NCBI GenBank assembly: GCA_950097015.1
Contig: CATNEN010000011.1
Coordinates: forward strand, 5,208,001-5,272,000
Length of the DNA stretch: 64,000 nt
Source of the DNA: Macrostomum hystrix
Taxonomy: Eukaryota; Animalia; Platyhelminthes
Direction of reading: 5' to 3'
Position numbers and translations under genes: made by a program. How positions within the stretch are numbered: the stretch's first letter is position 1; each line of letters starts with the position of its first letter. The notes beneath the pieces are model-generated. The model did not search any database and was not told the DNA's origin. It was given only the letters and a program-made list of their open reading frames with translations. Shown piece after piece: positions 56,707 through 64,000 of this stretch.

Positions 56707-58308
56707 ATGCAGCGTGGAGACTCCAGCGACAGCTCGAGTTCCGAAGGACCTCCTGAAGCCACTCCAATCTGCGTCGTCTGCCAAAAAGCTGCAGTCGGCC
56801 GGGGTCCGTTCTCCGAGCGCTACCTGTGCTCGGAACACCTGAGTGTTGATGTGGCGGATGCCCTCAAGCTGAAGGAGAAGGTCGCTGAGAATCTGCGTGC
56901 CTACCCACAAGCCGAAGCTGCAGGTGGCAGTGCAGCAGGTGGTGGAGGAGATTGGATTCACGAGATGGAGGAGCAGCTGCGACGGGCGAAGCAGCTGTTT
57001 GAGACAATGCGGAGATACCTGGATTCGAGTGAAGATCGACTGACAGGCCTGATGACAGCTCGGATTGAGACAGCGCGTGTGTGGCAGCGCGACATGGACG
57101 ATGTGAGAAGCTACAGGCAGGAGACGGCGATGGCGGAGGCTGCAGGCGACATGTCGAAGCTTGTCGAGCTGACGATGTCCATGGAGCTGTCGCTCGATGA
57201 CTTGAAGGCGGACTTTGATCGGCTGCAGAAGTCGCTGGAGGAGAGCTTGGGAGCGGAGCAGCAGCTGGAGCGACTGGGGCAGGTGTCGGAGCAGTTCGGC
57301 AGAGCGTTGGCTCGTGTGAACGGGACCGCTGAGGGCTGGAGAGACGCTGAGGTCAGCACGACACCCGAGGAGATCGACGACGCAGTGAAGGCGATGGCGA
57401 GACAGGCATTGTTCGATCCGATTGTGTTCAGTCACGAGGTGAAGCTGGATGGCTCGGTTAAGTGGCTGGCGGTGTGCAGCGACACCAGCGGATTCGTTGG
57501 TGACCGCTCAGGCCGTGTGGTGGCCGCCGAGTCAGCGAGTGACGGCGGTGAGGCTCTGCCTCAGCCCTGCATCTTCGCATCAGTCTATCGCAAAGACCAC
57601 CTTCAGGCGCTGTCTGTGGACAGCTCGAAGAAGCTGCGGTGCCACTGCGACATCGACTGGGAGATGCACATCAGGGGCCTTCACTGCGACCGTCAGCTGC
57701 TGTTCATCGCTCAAAAAGACGCAGTGACAGTGACGGACCTGAGCGGTCGAATGGTGCGTCGAATCGAACCACAAATCGAGGGCTTTCACGAAATCTTGGG
57801 AATCGGCGGCAACGCAGCTTCCGTGTTTGTGGCTGGTGGCAACAAAATTGTTGCATTCAGTAAAGCGACTGGCGAGATGGAGACGGTCATCACGCTGTCT
57901 GAGCTTCCTGATGCTCAACTGGCTAACCTGGCAGTTCAAGACAACTGCATTCTTGTAATAGACTGGAACTACAATCAGGTGCACAGAGTGCGCATTGACA
58001 CCCAGCAGGTGGTCGCCTCCCACCCGACTGAGCGCTGCGGGCTCAAAAAGTTTGCTGTGCCAAGGGGTGTGGCCGTGGACAGGAGAGGCCGCCTGTTCGT
58101 GAGTGAATTTTTTGGTAACTCATTGCGAGCGGTGGCTGCAGACGACGGGTCGCTGCTGTGGACTCTGGGGGTGCCCGGCGAGAGCGGCAGCTGTGACGGA
58201 AGACTCTATTATCCATGCGGTCTGGCGGTGGTGACGGGAGGTTCGCGCGAGCAGCTGGTGGTAGCTGACGCTGGCAACAGGCGACTGTTGGTGCTGAATT
58301 TGGAGTGA
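56707..58308 (+). CDS. Degenerate B-box / coiled-coil / NHL protein, copy 2, 533 aa
   Basis: Same length and architecture as copy 1; about 29 amino-acid differences by manual comparison. Confidence 0.85.
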   Translation: MQRGDSSDSSSSEGPPEATPICVVCQKAAVGRGPFSERYLCSEHLSVDVADALKLKEKVAENLRAYPQAEAAGGSAAGGGGDWIHEMEEQLRRAKQLFETMRRYLDSSEDRLTGLMTARIETARVWQRDMDDVRSYRQETAMAEAAGDMSKLVELTMSMELSLDDLKADFDRLQKSLEESLGAEQQLERLGQVSEQFGRALARVNGTAEGWRDAEVSTTPEEIDDAVKAMARQALFDPIVFSHEVKLDGSVKWLAVCSDTSGFVGDRSGRVVAAESASDGGEALPQPCIFASVYRKDHLQALSVDSSKKLRCHCDIDWEMHIRGLHCDRQLLFIAQKDAVTVTDLSGRMVRRIEPQIEGFHEILGIGGNAASVFVAGGNKIVAFSKATGEMETVITLSELPDAQLANLAVQDNCILVIDWNYNQVHRVRIDTQQVVASHPTERCGLKKFAVPRGVAVDRRGRLFVSEFFGNSLRAVAADDGSLLWTLGVPGESGSCDGRLYYPCGLAVVTGGSREQLVVADAGNRRLLVLNLE

Positions 58309-58989
58309 GGCGTCAGTGAGCGCAGATGAATCTGAGACTTTGCAGGAGTTTGTTGGCTATTTTTACTCATTTGTTTCTGCTGTTTGCAGTTTTTATTAAA
58401 GAAAAGATAAATTTAAGTTATTTATGATCTATGACTTGAAAGCGAATGTTCAGCTTGACGTGTTAAAGATTTAGTTTCCACTGTTTAACTTATTCAATTT
58501 GCTTCCAAAAAATATAGCAGAAAGCTGGAGCCCCTAAGAGCAGTTTTAATTCAGATTTAATATAATGCAATAATCAAATGCATCGAATTGTTTTCATACG
58601 CAGTTGATATTTCCTACTGAGTCTTTGAGAATCGCATTCAGCCTGCATTAGTACCAACTGGCTAGTATCGAGGCTACAACTGTTTTTAGGCACATTTATG
58701 TTCATTTCTACACGGAAATTTCTGCACTTTTTTGCAATAAAAAATCAAGAAATTACCATTTCTTACATTTGATATTTGAAATTCAGAATTTGAAAAGTTA
58801 GAAAATATTAATTGTTTACTTTAATTTCTTAACTGTTTTTTTTCAGTGTTCAGAAACGTAACAAAGTACGGAGCGACACTTTAAATTTTTGACAGAATAA
58901 AAAAAGATATACTTGTCTAACAATTAGTCTAACAGTGGATCTCATGTCTATCAAGTGGATCTCCTGTCTAACAGTTGGATCTCCACAGA

Positions 58990-60792
58990 CACAAGCCACA
59001 GCTGAGAGAGAAGCCACAGCTAAGAGAGAAGCCACAGCTGATCAGTGAGAAGCCACAGCTGATCAGTGAGAAGCCACAGCTGATCAGTGAGAATCCACAG
59101 CTCAGAGAGAAGCCACAGCTGATCAGTGAGAATCCACAGCTCAGAGAGAAGCCACAGCTAATCAGTGAGAAGCAACAGCTGATCAGAGAGAAGCCACAGC
59201 TGATCAGTGAGAAGCCACAGCTGATCAATGAGAAGCCACAGCTGATCAGTGAGAAGCAACAGCTGATCAGAGAGAAGCCACAGCTGATCAGTGAGAAGCC
59301 ACAGCTGATCAATGAGAAGCCACAGCTGATCAATGAGAAGCCACAGCTGATCAGTGAGAATCCACAGCTGATCAGTGAGAAGCAACAGCTGAGAGAGAAG
59401 CCACAGCTGAGAGAGAAGCCACAGCTGAGAGAGAAGCCACAGCTGATTAGTGAGAAGCTACAGCTGAGAGAGAAGCCACAGCTGATCAGTGAGAAGCAAC
59501 AGCTGAGAGAGAAGCCACAGCTGAGAGAGAAGCCACAGCTGATCAGTGAGAAGCTACAGCTGAGAGAGAAGCCACAGCTGATCAGTGAGAAGCCACAGCT
59601 GATCAATGAGAAGCCACAGCTGATCAATGAGAAGCCACAGCTGATCAGTGAGAATCCACAGCTGATCAGTGAGAAGCTACAGCTGAGAGAGAAGCCACAG
59701 CTGAGAGAGAAGCCACAGCTGATCAGTGAGAAGCTACAGCTGAGAGAGAAGCCACAGCTGATCAGTGAGAAGCTACAGCTGAGAGAAGCCACAGCTGAGA
59801 GAGAAGCCACAGCTGATCAGTGAGAAGCTACAGCTGAGAGAAGCCACAGCTGAGAGAAGCCACAGCTGAGAGAGAAGCCACAGCTGATCAGTGAGAAGCT
59901 ACAGCTGAGAGAGAAGCCACAGCTGATCAGTGAGAAGCTACAGCTGAGAGAAGCCACAGCTGAGAGAAGCCACAGCTGAGAGAGAAGCCACAGCTGATCA
60001 GTGAGAAGCTACAGCTGAGAGAAGCCACAGCTGAGAGAAGCCACAGCTGATCAGAGAGAAGCCACAGCTGATCAGAGAGAAGCCACAGCTGAGAGAAGCC
60101 ACAGCTGATCAGAGAGAAGCCACAGCTGAGAGAAGCCACAGCTGATCAGAGAGAAGCCACAGCTGAGAGAAGCCACAGCTGATCAGAGAGAAGCCACAGC
60201 TGATCAGTGAGAAGCTACAGCTGAGAGAAGCCACAGCTGAGAGAAGCCACAGCTGAGAGAAGCCACAGCTGATCAATGAGAAGCCACAGCTGATCAGTGA
60301 GAATCCACAGCTGATCAGTGAGAAGCTACAGCTGAGAGAGAAGCCACAGCTGAGAGAGAAGCCACAGCTGATCAGTGAGAAGCTACAGCTGAGAGAGAAG
60401 CCACAGCTGATCAGTGAGAAGCTACAGCTGAGAGAAGCCACAGCTGAGAGAAGCCACAGCTGAGAGAGAAGCCACAGCTGATCAGTGAGAAGCTACAGCT
60501 GAGAGAGAAGCCACAGCTGATCAGTGAGAAGCTACAGCTGAGAGAAGCCACAGCTGAGAGAAGCCACAGCTGATCAGAGAGAAGCCACAGCTGATCAGAG
60601 AGAAGCCACAGCTGAGAGAAGCCACAGCTGATCAGAGAGAAGCCACAGCTGAGAGAAGCCACAGCTGATCAGAGAGAAGCCACAGCTGATCAGTGAGAAG
60701 CTACAGCTGAGAGAAGCCACAGCTGAGAGAAGCCACAGCTGAGAGAAGCCACAGCTGATCAGAGAGAAGCCACAGCTGATCAGAGAGAAGCC
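58990..60792 (+). repeat. Expanded version (~1.8 kb) of the gagaagccacagctgatcagt minisatellite
   Basis: Tandem copies. Confidence 0.97.
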
Positions 60793-61214
60793 AGATTGGA
60801 CAAGGTTGGACAATTTGCTCTTATGTTATTCCGCCTCAAGTTTTTAAGAAAGATATTATATATAACTTACATTTGTAAATAAACGTAAGAAGAAATACGA
60901 GTATATGCCTCAAGTTAGCACAGTAAATAAATATAATACGCTTTTGCAGTTTCGCAATAATTTTCTTCAGATTTCTTCAAATCTGTTATGTTTCATGCTT
61001 AGGGTTCCAGGCCATTCATAATTTGGTGTCCCATGTCCATATAAATCTAACTATTATAATATGTACCGCTTCAGCTGTTGCACTTCTGAAGACAAGAGAA
61101 AGGCAATTTTTTAGAAACATCACTTATCCTATTCGCTCATTTACTATTTTATCTTGTATCACATAGGAAAAATCTATTTTATTGTTCAACGTGTCGAGTA
61201 TCTACCTATAATAT

Positions 61215-62346
61215 GAATCTACTGTCTAACGGTGGATCATCTGTCTAACATGTGGATTATCCTGTATAACCGGTGGATTATCCTGTATAACCGGTGGATT
61301 ATCCTGTATAACCGATGGATTATCCTGTATAACATCTAGATCATCTGTCTAACATGTGGATTATCCTGTATAACCGGTGGATTATCCTGTATAACCGGTG
61401 GATTATCCTGTATAACATCTAGATCATCTGTCTAACATGAGGATTATCCTGTATAACCGGTGGATTATCCTGTATAACCGGTGGATTATCCTGTATAACA
61501 TCTAGATCATCTGTCTAACATGTGGATTATCCTGTATAACCGGTGGATTATCCTGTATAACATCTAGATCATCTGTCTAACATGTGGATTATCCTGTATA
61601 ACCGGTGGATCATCTATCTAACATGTGTATTATCCTGTATAACAGGTGGGGCACTGCCTAACATGTAGATTATCCTGTATAACAGGTGGATCATCTATCT
61701 AGCATGTGGATTATCCTGTATAACAGGTGGATCATCTATCTAACATGTGGATTATCCTGTATAACAGGTGGATCATCTATCTAACATGTGGATTATCCTG
61801 TATAACAGGTGGATCATCTATCTAACAGGTGGATCATCTATCTAACATGTGGATTATCCTGTATAACAGGTGGATCATCTATCTAACATGTGAATTATCC
61901 TGTATAACAGGTGGATTATCCTGTATAACCGGTGGATCATCTATCTAACATGTGGATTATCCTGTATAACAGGTGGATTATCCTGTATAACAGGTGGATC
62001 ATCTATCTAACATGTGGATTATCCTGTATAACAGGTGGATCATCTATCTAACAGGTGGATCATCTATCTAACATGTGGATTATCCTGTATAACAGGTGGA
62101 TCATCTATCTAACATGTGGATTATCCTGTATAACAGGTGGATCATCTATCTAACATGTGGATTATCCTGTATAACAGGTGGATCATCTATCTAACAGGTG
62201 GATCATCTATCTAACATGTGGATTATCCTGTATAAGAGGTGGATTATCCTGTATAACCGGTGGATTATCCTGTATAACATCTAGATCATCTGTCTAACAT
62301 GTGGATTATCCTGTATAACCGGTGGATTATCCTGTATAACCGGTGG
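61215..62346 (+). repeat. 21-bp-based composite minisatellite (ggattatcctgtataacaggt / ggatcatctatctaacatgt)
   Basis: Tandem copies of two alternating monomers. Confidence 0.95.
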
Positions 62347-62449
62347 AATCATTTTCTATAGCTGAAAGAAAATATCTCCTTTTTGCATGTTCGCATTGTG
62401 TCAATTCGTTTTTTATACAATCTAGAGTAGAAACCGTTGAGCACTGCTC

Positions 62450-62690
62450 ATTTGCTGACAGTCGACCCGCAGCCAGCGAGGAGGCAATTCTGCTTAACCT
62501 GCCGACTCCGCTGCAGACATCCACACGGATACCGTACACGGGCACGCGCGCACAGGTGTGTACATCTGCCCTGACTTTCTCATCTACCGGCAGTGTACAC
62601 TCTCACTGTGCCTTAGGAATGGGCTGGCCATCAATGGTGTCAATTGCGCGACAAGCCCCGAAGACTTCTCTCAAGAACTGGCAAACAAAA
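62450..62690. mobile_element. Dispersed repeat family B copy
   Basis: Matches 49250-49480 and the inverted copy at 2350-2560. Confidence 0.7.
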
Positions 62691-62889
62691 GATAAAGTGG
62701 CTCACTTTGACTGGAAGGAAAAGTCTTCAATCTACTATCATTGCTTATCAGCAGAACTTACCAGGAATAACTGAATTTCCCGTGCCAGAGCATTCTCATT
62801 GAGGCAGCGAATTTACAAGTTTATTGTCGAAGGAAAGACTTACTCATCCACCAGAATGGCTTTGATTCGAGTGCAGAGTACTCGAGTAG

Positions 62890-63200
62890 AGGTTGTAGCC
62901 TTGTGGTTAGAGCGTTCGACTCACGACTTAAAGGTCGGGGGTTCGATTCCTTACTCCACTGGAACAATTTGTGTCCTTTAGCAAGGCACACTTAACTCTG
63001 CATTGCTTCAGTTCACCCAGCTGTTAAATGGGTGCCAGCATTAGCTGGGATAATTGAAGGTGGGTGTGGCGTCCCCCCAGTCCATGGACTGAACAGCTGT
63101 ACGCAGTCTTCAGATGCGCCGCGCAATAGCTGTGGCTGTGCTGTCGGCTGCACATCTGGCCCAATCTGACAGGTGTAATAAATTATTATATTAGTATTAT
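62890..63200 (+). mobile_element. tRNA-derived SINE, full length
   Basis: A-box-like tagccttgtggttagagc, B-box ggttcgattcc, shared body with 26329-26615, ATT-rich tail. Confidence 0.85.
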
Positions 63201-64000
63201 TAGAGTTCTTCGCTTCACAACTTGACCAACTCTTATTGTCGCAATTACTTTATCATACTTTATCATTCGGAGTGGTTACTGAATGGATCTTACTGGAGAT
63301 ACTGTTAATACCTACTGCCGCTCGATATTTGTTGAAATGCGGTGTCTAGTGCTAAAAATAGATTAAAATCTGCAAAAGCATCTCAAAAAGTTGATAACTG
63401 CTTTTCAGGGTCTTTGGCATGAAAACTGTAAATCCCTTAATTAATTTTCGGGTAGCTATAATCTCTCTAGCTTTAGCACAAATGTAACCTGACCGACGCT
63501 TTTGCTTCCTTATTACAAATTTTCGATATGCGAAAAGTCACGCAGCGGTTGACCCGGACACCAACATCTGCTCCCAGCCGGCTGTGTGACGTCCAGCTTC
63601 AACGCCGAGCTGATGGCTGAGGTTGAGGCCCTCAGGTGGAAGCTCGCGGCCATGGAGTCACAGGTGCGAATCTGCTCAGACTCTGTGAGCGCCCTGACTG
63701 CGCTCGAGTCCGGCCCACGGGTGTCACCACAGCCGACAAAATATTGGCCTGCCTTGTGGCGTGGGACACGTGATACTGCAGTGGGTGCATCCTCCGCTGA
63801 CGGAGCTGACGACGCCGAGCACGCCAAAGAATCTGAGTCCGGATCCGGGGCGCAAGCTCCTCCGGCAAAGATAAAGAGGCGAACGGTGGATCACGACCAC
63901 GCAATCGCAGGCCTGCCAGGGCCACCCGGAAACTTGGGCTGATCCAGCTGTCTCACTGCCCTTTCTTTAACAGAGACCGGCTACGCTGCCTTACGCCCAA

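Larger units (their letters stand above)
53088..59100 (+). repeat. Recent tandem segmental duplication (units ~53088-55700 and ~56675-59100+, offset ~3.59 kb)
   Basis: CDS and ~680 bp of 3' flank are near-identical between units. Confidence 0.95.

Noticed and set aside
53078-57435. Antisense ORFs 53078-53848 and 56701-57435
   Set aside because: Shadow frames of the GC-rich NHL CDSs with no recognisable motifs.
55382-60813. EKPQLIS and CGFSLIS repeat ORFs
   Set aside because: Minisatellite with mixed 16/18/21-bp units that break the frame.
62890-62965. Possible tRNA gene
   Set aside because: It has A/B boxes but no convincing cloverleaf, and it continues into a body and tail shared with other SINE copies.

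Overview
Eukaryotic, repeat-rich genomic DNA with GT-AG introns, GC-rich exons and AT-rich intergenic DNA. The style (poly-Q exons, introns packed with 12-34 bp minisatellites) suggests a flatworm such as Macrostomum, but this is an inference. Genes supported by hand-splicing: (1) a minus-strand multi-exon gene (9396 to <103) encoding a putatively N-myristoylated protein with cupredoxin-like repeats; (2) an intronless stomatin/SPFH gene; (3) a divergent Runt-domain gene with Asn at the position of RUNX1 Asp171 and apparently no VWRPY tail; (4) a two-exon Wee1-family kinase with an atypical catalytic loop; (5) a DEG/ENaC channel subunit; (6) a three-exon AIP-like FKBP-TPR gene; (7,8) a recent tandem duplicate pair of degenerate B-box/coiled-coil/NHL genes whose differences concentrate in the C-terminal propeller. 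Mobile DNA: a complete non-autonomous Helitron with a nested hAT MITE, an internally deleted MULE, a decayed non-LTR RT fragment, tRNA-derived SINEs, a hAT MITE carrying a minisatellite, and two unclassified dispersed repeats. Most long ORFs in the ORF track are artefacts of tandem repeats. No CRISPR array, rRNA or true tRNA was seen. Exon boundaries were read by eye, and family assignments come from motif recognition without database searches.
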